Shown here one piece after another: positions 38,667 to 52,160 of a stretch of 64,000 nucleotides of DNA. The notes beneath the pieces were generated by a model. That model ran no database searches and was not told the DNA's origin. It worked only from the letters and a program-made list of their open reading frames with translations. Each line of letters opens with the position of its first letter. Positions within the stretch are counted from its first letter, which is position 1. This DNA comes from Podarcis melisellensis (lineage: Eukaryota). The stretch lies in NCBI GenBank assembly GCA_964234715.1, contig OZ174277.1; one strand, given 5' to 3'. The translations under genes were made by a program, and so were the position numbers.

Positions 38667-40064
38667 TACTTCATAGAATATAACTTCAGAAAGACTGAAT
38701 ATGTGCCTGTGAGCTTTCAAAATTTGCTGTTAACTTTTCAGTGATTTCTCTGCCTTTCTCAGGTAAGATGTGTGTAATTGGTTGGCTTTCTGGTAACTGA
38801 TGAGTTTATCTAGATTTTTAAACAAAAGAATTAGGAGGTGTGATAAATACTTAGGATAATTTTGTTATTTATTCAATAAAAGTAAATCCCCTCTTCCTCC
38901 CGAAAGAGCTGTAGTGATTTAAAATAAGTTACTAGCTTTGTGGTGCTTCCTAAAGAATTGCAAACAAAAAATCAAATTCACACACACAAAGAATTTAACT
39001 TTCTTTCATATTAATCAACTACTAAGCAAAATATAACCACATCTGCTAAGCTACAGCTATCTGTGAACCAACAATTTATCATTTTTGTTGGTTTTGCATT
39101 AATGACAGCTTCAGGGTTCTGGCTTAGCTTCAAGGTTTCTGCAGAGACATATAGAATGACCCATGTGTAAATGTATCTGACAAATGCCAGTGTCTGGTTC
39201 AGGAAGAAAGAGAAACATTTAGAGATATATATCAGCAGCCAACCATTTGTAAATTGAGGCTGGAGTACATTTATGCAACTGGACTGGTGTTTAAATAAAG
39301 TAGTGAGAGATTAATTGAATATCTTGAGCTTCTGAAGTCTGACTTACACCTTTCTAAGATTCTGAAGATTGATTCATTGCAAAACCAGATTTGACAGGTA
39401 TTTGCATGGTAACACACATGTAGGATCCAGTCATGCTGTTGTGTCCACAGAAAATCTTCCACTAGGACGAGGTAAAATGCGTGGAAAGCTTGTATATATT
39501 AGTGGCTTGAGCTGGCCAGTTCTCTCTCCACTCCCCACCCCGCTTCTTCCTGTACCATCTCAGTATGTCATACATTCTGGGAACTCATGTGTCCTTGCCT
39601 GGCCATTTTGGTGGGGCGTTTATGCAATTTTTAATTTTATTCAAGCATTTGGTACACTGCTTTTCATATAGAAAAAGATCGCAACCACTCCTGTATCCAC
39701 CCTCCTTATATTATACTAATTTTATGCACCTGTGTACTCCTCTGTGAGTTAGGAATAGACAGGCTCTGGCGGATTGAGCGGTTGGATGGAGCCTTGTATT
39801 TGTCTTTCCAGCAATTCCTGTAGCCAAGCTGGTGCCAAACACATTACTCTGCTTTCCTTTGTTTCACATCAGTGAGTCCAAGAGGGGAGCATCTTGTCAT
39901 CTGGGCAGCCCAGGACCTCCATACACATTGCCCAGGCTTGCGCCCCGGGAAGCGCAGCGGTTTGACTTCACTCTCAGATTTAATGATCCCTATCCCAGAG
40001 TTAACAACTGCTATATTAGGATTTTTTGTTTAGGGGAGTTGATCTGTACAGAGATGGTCTACTG

Positions 40065-40519
40065 CAGTGGTTCCGAAGCCTTTTTCTTCATGAACCACTT
40101 GAAAATTACCAAGGATCTTGATGGATCATTCAGTGATTTTTCTGCATGTTGTAGCAATTGTAACACACTGTGCTAGATGCTGTAGGGCTATTAACTTGTA
40201 TGTTATTGCTTCTTCTTTTATTTCTTACGTATCCAGTGCTAGTCCTACACAGAGTAGACCCAATGAAGTTGATAGACATGACTAAGTTCATTCATGTCAA
40301 AGAGTTCCTCTGAGAGGAACTTAGTTGGATAGAATTTAAACTGAAATACAATATAAGATATAGAATGCAAAAAAATACAGTTAAAAATCAATATGAATAT
40401 TTAATGCACAGCTGTACCACCTCCTGTCTTCAAACACAAATTCACAGACATGCCATTGTCCACATGAATGTAGCTTGTGGGCCACTAGCTTCCCATGGAC
40501 CACAATTTGGGAACCCTTG
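40065..40519. mobile_element. hAT (Charlie-like) MITE with a nested palindromic element (~40230-40330)
   Basis: TIRs cagtggttccgaa / ttgggaacccttg. TSD gtctactg / gtctactt (7/8). Confidence 0.75.
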
Positions 40520-41424
40520 GTCTACTTTAAATGGTCTGCAAGACATAGCAAAAGCAGTAGAAAAGTTCGAAATTCAAAAGGAAACTATTAAATACTAATT
40601 GTTGTGGTTTGCATACAGCAATATATATATATATAGAGTGAGAGAGAGAGAGTGTTCCTATAAATTTTATTCATGAACATTTTGTTCTATGCTCATATTG
40701 CACACGATTCCCTTTCCCCATGCTTTTTAACTCTCAGAGTGATTCTACTTTTTCTGCCAAGCCCTTTATTGTATGACAGCTTATGCAAGCTAACTTCTTC
40801 CAAATGTCCTTTAAACTTTTTGAATGAAAAGGTTTACTTTGGGAATAAATATTTGAGCTTTTGCATGAAAAACACTCCAGCAAATGTACATTAACTCGCA
40901 CACATAATAATGTGTATATATAATGCACTGCAGTTTGGATTACTGATCTGGGAGTTGCAATTTTGACCACACTTGTAGAAATATTTGACTGTAACTGATT
41001 TGTTACATAAACAAATTGGTTGCAAACCAACAATGTACAATTATCCAGCTACATCCTAACAGCCATTTTCTTGTCACCAAATGTTTCTAAATGGATAGTC
41101 TGCTTTTCCACTTTATGTTGCCTATAAGTCAGCTTATTTTTCTAAAAGGTGGGGAGTGGAGCACACATATCCAGGAGAAATAGCTGTCAGCCAGGCAACA
41201 AAGATATTGCATTAAAAATCTGGAAATCAAGGATAGTGTTTGGACCAGTGCATCATGGTGTGCTCGTACTTCTAAGTGGTTTCTTAATGAATTCTGTTTA
41301 TGAAACCATGAGAATTTTAATTTTGTAGGATGCTTACATCCTAACTCTAGAGCCTCTTAGGATAAACAAGTGGTGTGCCTCACCCCTTTTAATCCACCAA
41401 CTCCCACCAAGTTTGCAAAAGCAT

Positions 41425-41641
41425 TTATTATGACATTTATATTCCACTTTTCCTCAGAGCTTAAGGTCGTGTACATGGTTCCCCCCCCCTCACCATTTTA
41501 TCTTTACAACAACTCTGTAAGTTGGTTAGGTTATGAGACAGCAACTGCCCTAAGGATACCCAGTGAGCTTCAAGAGAGAGTTGCAGATTTGAGCACTAGT
41601 CTCCTGGGTGAAATTCAACTCTCACCACCACACCACATTGC
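41425..41641 (-). mobile_element. MIR/CORE-like SINE
   Basis: ttttatctttacaacaactctgtaag...ttaggt...cccagtgagcttc, an antisense CORE-type body with a tRNA-like head. Confidence 0.65.
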
Positions 41642-44600
41642 CTTATAATAAAATGCTCCTCAAACCACAAGTAAAAAATTAAGATTTCAACACTTTAGGC
41701 AACGCAATCTGAGAAGCCTTGGAATTGCTTGGAATTGAGGTGAAAAAGGATGGAATATGGACTGATAGGTTCAAGAATCTCACACTGACAAAGGAGAAAC
41801 AAGTTCTACAAAAAGTGCCAGTTTGAACCCAATTGGCACTTTTTGAGCAAGTCCTATGTCTTAGCTGCTGTTACAGTGCTTTACTTCTGTTGCTTTCCTT
41901 CCAAAAGCTTTGCACACAGCCACATTGTAAACAGAAGGAGGAGTTTTATCATTTTCTTCAAGCAGATTTAAACTTGGATGCCCTTAATCCTGCTCTGTAG
42001 CTCTTAAAGCTCAGAGTTCTCCGAAGGAACAGGTGAAGATTTAGTAGACTATCTTGACAGGGTTGTGCATTCTGTTATTAACATGCTTTCACCATCCTAA
42101 GGATACCCTCAAATCGTCAAGTAGATTTGCCTACCACATCATTGACAGCATGAAATTTATCTGACGGTAGAAACAGTTTCTTATAATGTATGACCAGCAA
42201 AGCAATTAGACCTTTTAGTATTAAGTCTCTCTGTTCCACCCAGTTCTGTATTACAGGGGTCTAGAAAATGAACCATATTTTTCTTCAAAAGCATTGCACT
42301 ATTCTAACCAAATCATATAATTGACAAAATGAATGGACATCCAGTATCCAGAAACTCAGTGATGCAATTTTTGAGGATTAAAATTGAGTTTATTTTCGGG
42401 CACTTGTCATATGTTTGCCAGATTTCAGACAATTGTGTGGGATGGATTGTTGATAAGCCTCTGAATGAAGGGAAGACTGCGGTGCCTGCCTGGAGTTAAT
42501 GCAATCAAACTGTTTTCAATATGCCATAGATGTTGGAAGGGAAATACTGTGCATGCTATCACTCACACCAATAATAGTCATGAGAAATGATTTTGAGAAA
42601 CAATATGGCCAAATTATCTGTCAAAATAGTGTGTTCTATTAACAGTCTGTCAGCATAAACTTCACGTCAATGCATTTTAGATTTCTGAAAGGGCGCCAAA
42701 TTTGTAACATCCAAACTAAGGTATTGTGGTATTTAATCCAGTGCTAGATGTCTGCTCCTGCAAGGAGGCTTCCCAAACCTTCTTTTTCACTGCAACTTCC
42801 TAAGCACATCACCAAGGAAAGGCCTAGGATGTGCTGCAATAGGATGGGAGAACTGCTTAAAATCTGACTGAGGTAGCTTGCAAAAGCTACTTTTGCAAGC
42901 TCTCATTCTCCAGTTCTTCCCTCTACTGCACTGCCTTGCTCCACTTTCCAGTTTCCCCCCTAAGTGTCCCTGGTTCCTCAAGAGAGGTTTTGGGGGGCCC
43001 AGTAGGAAAGAGAGAATGAGAGGTACCCTACTTACACAGCACTGGGTACTTGACGGACAGTGCCAGCTGCTGACTAGAAGCAGCAGCAAATACATCATCC
43101 AATAGACAATAGTATTTTGGTTCCTCCTGTTAACCTAACACTATAATGCAGTACAGTTCTGTTAAAGTACTATCCAAATAAGGGCAAAGCTTCTTTCAGA
43201 AACCCAATACTGTATTGAACCTATGTACATTTTTAAAAAAAATGCAAGTTGCAGGCCTGCATATAAAGATTTACTTCTACTGACTGTAAAAAGAAAGAAA
43301 GCTTGTTGACATTTGGTATATTGAGGAGAGTACAAAGCAGTAAGCCAGAAACTTGAACTCATTTGCAAAGACCAATAACAGTGAGATACATGAAGTTATG
43401 AACATTTCACAGCTGTTTGGCCACATGGGAAAACAACAACACTTATTTTCAATTTCTGTAAAATTCCTGGGCAATTTTATGAAAAGAGAGATCCTGTATT
43501 TGAAACCCTAGCTTCCCCCCAACCCCAGTAGGTAACACTGAAAGATAGCACAGACATTCCCAGATAATTTTGCTTGGTGCTACAGCTGCCGAATTCAAGA
43601 AGCTGCATATATACCCCATAAAATGCATTAAACTGCACCAGACAGCATTATTCTTTTAATGCTGATTTTCTAGGCTGACCCAAGTGAGGTAAAGCATCTT
43701 AAATAATGAATCAAAATCTTAAAAAGTGGAAAAGATATTTCTGTATCATTTCCCACTACCTACACCCACTAGTTAGAATGCAGGCAATAGCATGTCTTGA
43801 AAAACATTCCTTAACACTGCCACTTTACAATAAATTAGTTAGTACTGCTTTTTTTAAAAAAAATTGCTTTGGTTTTTTTATTACAGAAGGGTTTCAAGAA
43901 ATATTATATTTATTTGCTTTGGTGTATTCCAATATTGTTGCAGAGATACATGATAGGCATTCTTCAAATTCATGCTTGTCATACTCCAGGAAAACATGGA
44001 AGCTGCAGAAGTCTGGAAAATAGGAAAAAAGTTAAGTATTTCAAGAATTCCTTTTTTCATTGTTTGAAGAAACATGTCTTTTTTTGGTTCTCTCTTAAAA
44101 AAGGATATCAGACTGCAAATTCTCTGTAACATTACTGTGCTTGAATTATTTTGCCTGGAGGGTAAGTAAAGCAAAACACTTAACTGTTCTACATGGTGTA
44201 GTGTACTTTCTCCTAATATAGACAGATCCCTAATGTATTATCCTACAGGTCTGTGTATGTTAGAGCAGTGAAGAAAAAATTATTCTCATCTTTCAGATTT
44301 ATGTCAGTGCAACTACTCCAATCTCATACACAGAATAAGTTTCCGAATGCCTTTTTCTTAATTAGAATACTTAATTAAACTATTATCAATGCTACAGAGA
44401 ATTATAATTACAAGCATTATTACCAGGTCCAATTCTACATATTTTTTCTGTCCATAAATTCCTGTAGAGACCGGAATACTCCACATCATTGATCCTTGGA
44501 ATTTGAGGTTGTGTTATGTGAGTGTGGCCAGAAATAAAGGGCATGCAGCAGCTCACTGCAGCCAACATGCTACTACCCTGCAGGCCAGGGTAGAGATTTT

Positions 44601-45929
44601 TTTTCACTCCTGAGGACTGTATTCATTCATGGGAAAGTGGTTGAGGGCCATATGCAGTGGGTGGTGCCAAAGCCTGAAGTAGGTGAAACTAAAGCCCATT
44701 CACACACACTGTTTCCTTTCCTAGCTTGGCTTCCTTGCTGTGTTCTGAGAAAGGAGCACAGCGAAGAAATGTAGAAGGGAAGAGATCACCAAGCGAGCAT
44801 CTCTCTCCATTGTGAGCTCTCTGCAGGTCAAGCAAGGAGGAGGTGAGGGAGAAGGGATATGGCTTGGGGAAAATGAAAGAGGTTGGGTTAGGAGACTCGT
44901 GAAGCAGAGGTTCCTCATTTCAGCTGTAGGCCATGAAAACTGTGTTTTCCACCCCCCTTGGCAATTCTGCGCATAGTGTCAGTGGTTTCTTTTATCAGCT
45001 ATAGATGCATTAGCTATCATTTTGTAACTTCAAGGCTTGAAAATAGTACTGCACTCTGAAGAGGTGCCTATTATGATGGTCTGCAAGCTTCACATTGGTG
45101 CAGATCATCACAAGCTGATCCTTTACTTTGTGGGGGGAGGAGAAATGCTGAAAGCACCAATGTTTCCAGCATTACCTTCTGGGTTTATGATCAAAGTGCT
45201 GGTTATGATCCACCCTTCATGTCCTAGTTGCTGTTGGAGCGACTGCCTCTTCTCTTACATCCCATTGGCATCTCTTAAACCTGATGCTTGCTATAGTCTT
45301 ATCTGAGTATGCTGCTTGCATATACACCCATACTCATAAGTGAGGACAAGTGCACTACACTCCACTCCCACCCAGCATCACTTCCTGTCACCTTCCACAA
45401 GTTAGAGGGCCAAGTCTAAAATGAGGGTTGGGGGTGTGTGTGCTCCTTTGCACATGGAGGCATGTATAAGCCAGCATCATGTCTGAATAGGGCTTACCTG
45501 TACACTGAGTTTATGACCACAATGTCTGTAGAGATGTGGTCTGAACAGTGGCTCTATAGTTGTAGAATTCCTTTCCCCCTGTGTTCATCAAAGTCCAAGC
45601 ATATTTCAGGAATGTAGGACTGGGTGATCCCAAGTAGCTGAGATCTTAACCGCTTTCCAAACGCTTAAGCACTTTGTGTGCAATTCAGAGTAGTTAAAAT
45701 CAATGGTTGTTTTGCAATTGACTTTAATAGGATGCCACTACGTCCCTGGAGTCTTAAAATAATCCACGGTGCATTTGCAAGGAAGGCATAAACTTGTTTA
45801 TTCTCTGGAAAATTCAGGCAGTACTTTTTGTACTTGAAATGGGAACGAAAAGTATAATTGCAAAATGCACTTCATAAAGCCTGGGTGCAGAAGGTTACAC
45901 AAAAGGGCTTTTGATATTCCTGTAAGAGA

Positions 45930-46199
45930 AGCTGGACCAAGCATAATGTTTTATTTTTTAATTTTTATTTAGCAGCATTTATATGGTGCTTAACCATCCA
46001 TAAACTGTAAGTGGTTTACAAAAAAATCCAGTTTACAAAGAACTGGATGTCACCTATAAGATTTCCTTTAGCCAGTATCTGAATTGTTGCCTTATTATAG
46101 AATGTTTTAAATGCTGATGTGCAAGATGTCACAAACTGAACTCAAAGTCTGGTGAATGAAGTGGAATATCAGCCTAACTCAAAGAAATCTGTGAAGGTA
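45930..46199 (-). other. Candidate non-coding terminal exon of MTHFD1L
   Basis: Acceptor gctcttcctgtccttAG at 46201-46200 and two AATAAA on the minus strand (45969-45964, 45955-45950). An alternative strong acceptor lies at 43285-43284. Unverified. Confidence 0.3.
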
Positions 46200-46221
46200 C
46201 TAAGGACAGGAAGAGCTGTGT

Positions 46222-46350
46222 GATGCTGTCAGGAAATGGGATAGGCTCTCCAGGTTCCCCTTCCCAGCTGACTCCTTGGAATGCGGGATATTAAACCTTG
46301 GGCCTTATTCAAGCACAACACGAAGCTCTACCACTGAGCTATCTTCCCCA
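46222..46350 (-). mobile_element. tRNA-derived SINE fragment
   Basis: ctctaccactgagcta is an antisense A-box. Related to 61812-62000. Confidence 0.5.
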
Positions 46351-46638
46351 AAGAGGTTAGATAAGGTTGGGATAGAGAGCAGTATATATATCTCAATAGT
46401 GCAGAAATTAACTTGGTGGAACATACTCCCTCAGCCTTAGTTCCCCGTCTTCTAGGGATACTTACTGTATGTGGTGAGGGACACAGCAAGCTGATTTCTT
46501 CTGGCCCTCCCTGACTAACCAAGTCTCAGCTGCTCTCAACTGTAGACTTAACTTATAGAGTCATGCAGTTCGCTGGACTTCGCTGGATCCTGTTTCTTCC
46601 TCCCCACTTCCTCCACCCCATGGTGAAAATGAGAACTA

Positions 46639-46890
46639 CAGTCATACCTCGGGTTACAGCCACTTCAGACTGCGCTTTTTCAGGTTGTGAACTGCCAAAA
46701 CCCGGAAGTACCGGAATGAGTTACTTCTGGGTTTCGGCGGTCACGCATGCACAGAAGCGCTAAATTGTGCTTTGCGCATGCGCAGAAGTGCCAAATTGCA
46801 ACCCGCACATGTGTAGACACGGGTTGCGAACGCTGCGGGTTGCGAACATGCATCCCGCATGGATCACGTTTGCAACATGAGCATCCACTG
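46639..46890. mobile_element. pogo/Tc1-mariner-type MITE
   Basis: TIRs cagtcatacctcgggtt / aacatgagcatccactg with TA flanks. Interior resembles 1952-2189. Confidence 0.75.
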
Positions 46891-47185
46891 TACCAAAACT
46901 GATGGGGCATTGGAGGAAATGATAAGCACTTAGTGAATTTAGATTGACGTTCCAAAGCATACAACTATTAGCAGTAAAACATAATCACATTCAAATTTAA
47001 ATAAATAAATAAATAAATAACATAAGTGATTTCCTATGAAACAGCCTTGATATATCTTATTAAAGATTTATACCCAAATAGACACAGATGAAAGCCACAA
47101 GATGTGAGAAAAGAAACATTAAAAATCTCTTTAGCTCATTACTACTGTCAAACACCAAAGGGACTCATACTTAACAAGAACTTCC

Positions 47186-47209
47186 ACTCACCTTATTTTT
47201 GTGCTTTTA
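47186..47209 (-). other. MTHFD1L: MTHFD1L 18-nt 3'-UTR segment and consensus splice donor of a 3'-UTR intron
   Basis: After the stop: TAAAAGCACAAAAATAAG|GTGAGT. The donor at 47191-47186 is near-perfect consensus. Confidence 0.8.
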
Positions 47210-47299
47210 TTAAAACAACCCCTTGACTTGTTCCGTTTCAGGGTCCAGGTCAATGTCATAGAAGCAAGGCCTTGTAGGCAATCCTGGCATTGTGCTCAT
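47210..47299 (-). CDS. MTHFD1L: Mitochondrial monofunctional C1-tetrahydrofolate (10-formyl-THF) synthetase, last coding exon
   Basis: Translates as [29 protein letters not shown], the FTHFS C-terminal signature. Acceptor ttcattgttcccctAG at 47301-47300, phase 0. Position upstream of AKAP12 on the same strand favours MTHFD1L over MTHFD1. Too short for the ORF track. Confidence 0.93.
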   Translation of the reverse strand: [29 protein letters not shown]

Positions 47300-50200
47300 C
47301 TAGGGGAACAATGAACTAGAAGTTACGGTCCTGCAATTGTAAGCTGATAACCACACTGTGCATATACACCCATGATGAAGTGAAAGACCATATTGTTCTT
47401 CGTGGGCTCATAATTTCACATGCATTGAAATGAAAAGAATCAAGCCATCTGTTACTCCAATCCCTTTTGCTAAATCAGGTTCAGAAACTTTAAACAGATT
47501 CACTTATGCCTCAGATTGCTTACAAATGTGTACAAGAACTTTTGGAAAAGCAAAGTAAAAGCTATACTGTGTGAAACCCTGTGGTGCAGAATTTTAGGAA
47601 ATGGTGCATTCTTCAGGAGGAATATGGCAAAGGAAGTAGGAATGTAGATAGTTAACAACAAAGAAGACATTCAGATAAATGCTGTACTAACGGAGAGGCC
47701 TGCATTCTGTATTAGGCTCCTCTAGCCAAGACACATTTGAAAATGAGTTATCAATACCTAGATGTTATTTAATGCACACGTAGAGGTTATAGGCACACAA
47801 CAGCATTTTCAACATCAAACAATTGCTCTGTAAACAGAAATAACCTTCCATAAATAATAAGTTAACTCATTACACAAGTAACAATAATGTTGTACAATAT
47901 TTTATAATTAGTTGAAACTAATTTTGGCCCTGATAGTGCAAAATGGTTTAGATTAATTTGTGTGTCGGCGAAAAGAAAAAGTAAACTATATGAAGGCTCA
48001 ACACAAATTCTGCAGATGTTCCTACATTTAAAATTATGCTGAATGAGAGGAATGCTTAACCCTTCCCAGATTCCCCTGCAAATACCCTCCCCATTTTATC
48101 CCATCCCCATAAGCTCTGAAACAGGAAGGTAGCCCAGCTGGAGGAAACAAGTCCCCTGGGAGACATTTGCAGGAAATTATGTCTGTGTGTGTATGTGTGC
48201 TTAAGGGGGTTAAGTACTTCTCTTTCCTTTTTACGAATTTTTCCTGCAAGTTTTCCTTCCCTTTATTCCCCTTATGTCAGTCCTATAGGGTTGGGACGAT
48301 ACATTTGCTAAGAAAGTCTTTTAGCTCCATTCTAAGATCATAATGATGGGAAACAAGACCCTTTCTCTCAGTGCACAAGCTGTCACTGGCAGAATTCAAA
48401 ATCCCTTACTAAAAACTAGATTAATACAGAATTAAAGAGAACCACTGCCAATTTAGAACAGCTTGCCAAGCGTAATCTCTTAAAATAAAATGTCTGCTTT
48501 CACTAAACATAAAGGATTTCTTTTTTGGGCAAAAGTGGGAGCACCACTAGGATCCTCCAGAGATACACATTTAGAGCATGTGTGCAGTGCTTCAATTTGT
48601 ATTTGGATGCCATGCAGCTAATTTCCCTTAAAACCGAAGCTGCCAGCTTAAGCATGCTTTCTTAAAAGTGTGCTTAATATGTTTACAGTAAATTCTCAAA
48701 TTAATAGTATGCCATTGTTTTGTTAAAACTAATGATACTTTGTTGTTTGCTAGTTATTAGTTGAAGTTAAATAAATATTTCTCATTAGGTTATTCCAGAA
48801 TAAAAGATTCTGTCAAATTTCCCCTCTGATTTTTGTGTCTAAATGAAAAGTCTAAAGCATTTCAAAGTGCAGGTTTTGTGCCACAATCATCTCTAAACCA
48901 AAGCCAAAGCCAATACATTTGCTTTTACAACATCTCAGCAAAATGGGTTACACAGATCAATAATCGCCTCCTTCCCTCAGCACTGTTGCCCCTTTCCAAT
49001 CAGCAATGGCAATTTATCATTAAAAAAATCTTAACTGCAGAGCTCCCATTTATTTGGTTCCTAGTTAAGGGCTTTCTGCAGGCACTGCTCATACATATTC
49101 ATTGTCCTGTATCAGGGCTCCTTAGTTGGCCCCCAAGTCCTCTCTCTAACAAACCATGGCCACCTGCTCCACACCTGTTGACACATATAATGAAAACAGG
49201 TAAGAACGTGGCTGCAAAGGAATAGTTGGAAGCTTTAAAGGGTGCTCTGCTGATTGCGCCTTGGCAAAGTTAGGCATGTTCTTAGCGCTGATCAGCAGTC
49301 CCATAGAGATCGGGAACGCTGTAGAGCAGCCAATCTTCCCTAAGCAGGGCTGACTGTAAATGCCAGTCAGTTGAACGGTGCTTAGAGCCAGCCCCCCGCA
49401 GGGAAACGCTTCCTTCAGCAGCATGGTTCAATTTCTCACTGTGCAGGCAAAGGGTCTCAGGTTGGAAGTTGCTGCCAGTCACCACCAGCAGTTGCAAACC
49501 TTGCTTCCTTTACCTGCAGTTTAAAATTAAGCCATGCCAGCAAAGGAAAACACTGCTCCTGGCATTATTGGTGAAGTCAGCTGGATCCAGTTCCTCAATC
49601 CTGTCCTGTATGTCAATAGCAAACTCATTCTTCAAGTGTAGTTCCTGATACAGGGGTGCAGGGGAGAAACCATTCACACACAAGAAGAAGGTATCAGCAG
49701 GCTTGGGAGAACTCCAAGCTTTGCAAAAGTACGGGAATATTTTAATAGAAAACACAGGAGGAGGGTGCGTCACAAGAATAGCTCAATGAGACTACAGTTG
49801 CTCAGTGGGCATGGGATGCTGTCTGACTTGTAGGCAGACATAGAAATGGGAGGGAGGGAGGGGAGAGAGGATGACTGGAATAGAAAGAAGTATCCTGGAA
49901 GAAGATATGGCTAGCTGGAACCCTGGGTAGCTCCACACACTGCAATGTTTTGTTGCAGAATCACTTGTGGAGAAGAATAAAGAATTTGATGAACGCAGAA
50001 GGTCCACCTGATATTCTGAAGCTTCAGCCAACCCCACCTACATTGAACAAATTGCAGCCACAGTTAGCAGAAGAGCAGGTTTTTATTTTACCTTTTGAAA
50101 AATGGAAACATTCTCAAACGACTAGGTGCACCACAACTTCTGCACAGTGAAGTGCACAGTACACATACTCTGCAAATAAGCATCTTTCCCCCAATAGTCC

Positions 50201-52001
50201 TGGGACTTTAATCAGTTACTTAAAATGGCCCAATAGATTTGAGGTATCGTGTTCCCATAATAAACGTCAGCACTCCTTGTTGTACTCAGTACGACTGGGA
50301 AATGGTTAATGCTTAAATAAAAGGAGAAAAATTATGTGAGAGGGGTATAATTTAATTAGGCTTTAGTAGTATAGTTTGGCTCAAAGAAACAAAGGGCATA
50401 TATACTAAAGCTTTATTCAAGATGGAATTGGTTGTCATAGGCAATCCTCACAAAGCTCCCTTTCCTACAAAAATATAAAAACAAAATCCCAAAACCTCAG
50501 ATTGAAAAAACAGATGCTTGGGGCAGGCAAGATGGGGCTGCCTTGGAAAAGAGTCAAGATTTTAAGAACTCTAATAATTTCAGACTTTCAGGCAACATTC
50601 CTTTCCCAAAACAATTGATAATACCTAAACAATTCTTTAAAAACATAATCTCGTTGTATACATTTAGTACCTCAAAACAAATACATGGGTTTATGAAAGC
50701 CATTAATCACAATTTTAAGCAGTTGGGGTGGGGGGAGATTAATAATGCAGAACTTTTCTGAAGTTCTGCTTGGATTTGACTACATTTTTTAGCCAAAGGT
50801 AAGAAGGTACTAAAACCATCAGCACAGGAACGAGATTAGCCATGAATCATGGATACGGGGGGGGGGGGGATGCTATCAAAACCCCACCCTTCCTATCTAG
50901 GTATTTGTTCAGAGATACTTTATAAAAACCAAATTCATACAAAGAGATGTAAATATCTAAATAAATAGTTACTATGATGTTTCTCAAGTAGTAGGCTGGG
51001 TACAAGTGAGATTCATGAGCCACCACAATCCATCTATGCATTAATATGGTGAATTTTACAAGCATAGTAACATTTGAAAAGCACAAAATACATTGTGCCA
51101 AATAAAGTTAAGAGATGCTTCATATACTCTATTCTCTTTATTGTAATCTGTTATGTTTTAAAAATATTTTTAAATTGTTATAACACGCCCTGGGACATTA
51201 TGGTGAAGGATGGGTAAGAAGTAGAAGTAGCTTATATGTAGGAAATCGGAGTCTCCATCTTGAAATTAAGCAGTTTGTATAAGAATTTAGCAGTGTCTGT
51301 TTTGAGCCAAATTCTGGGATTAGAACACAGTTGGGGACACTTTTCATCTTTCACTGCACATCTGTTAGTAACACGCTAATGACAGGAAAACTCATTTATT
51401 AGGCCTGTTAATGTGAAGCAAACTAATTGTTCCCTGAAGTAACAATTCCTGAATACAAATGTTCATATTTAGCACTAGTCCCCTAACTGCTTTTCTAATA
51501 AAATATTATTTTACTATGTTTTCTGCTAAGCACCCAAATAAAATTGTTTTACTAGAACAGCCAAAGGAGGAAACAAGCGCCTGTGTAATCCCAGCCACTG
51601 TATAGAACATACTTCTTCCAAGATCTCTGTTGAAATCTCAACTTAGTTGTGGACTTACTGGGTGACTAAGACAAGTTAATGCCTGAAATTCTGCTCCCCA
51701 GTCAGTTAAACAGGAACAGCACTCCCCTCCTCTTACAGGGGTATCCAAAGAGTTTTTGGCACTCATCTGACTTGAGAGACAATGGAGTAAGCCTCAGGGG
51801 GTGAAGTGAAACCACTGTGTTACCAGCACTGAAGTGACCTCCCTGGGGCACACAGACTCCAGGGAAAGCCTTTTTAAACAAAAGGTCTTCAATACCTGCC
51901 TAAATATCAATTTGGTAGCGTTTTGTCTAATTTCAGTTGGTACCAGGTTGGGCTTGCAACTCTAAAAGTCCACTAAATGTACCTGTAGGGCATAAGCTAT
52001 A

Positions 52002-52160
52002 CAGTGGTACCTCTGGTTACGTACTTAATTCATTTCGGAGGTCCGTTCTTAACCTGAAACTGTTCTTAACCTGAAGCACTACTTTAGCTAATGGGACCTC
52101 CCGCTGCTGCTGCGCCGCCGTCGTGTGATTTCTGTTCTCATCCTGAAGCAAAGTTCTTTA
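52002..52160. mobile_element. Truncated pogo/Tc1-type MITE (28617 family), abutting an L2-like fragment (~52165-52320)
   Basis: Left TIR and TA present, right end missing. Confidence 0.85.

Noticed and set aside
50138-50160. Iron-responsive-element-like CAGTGA
   Set aside because: The stem register does not place CAGTGN in the loop, and the site is intronic and antisense to MTHFD1L.
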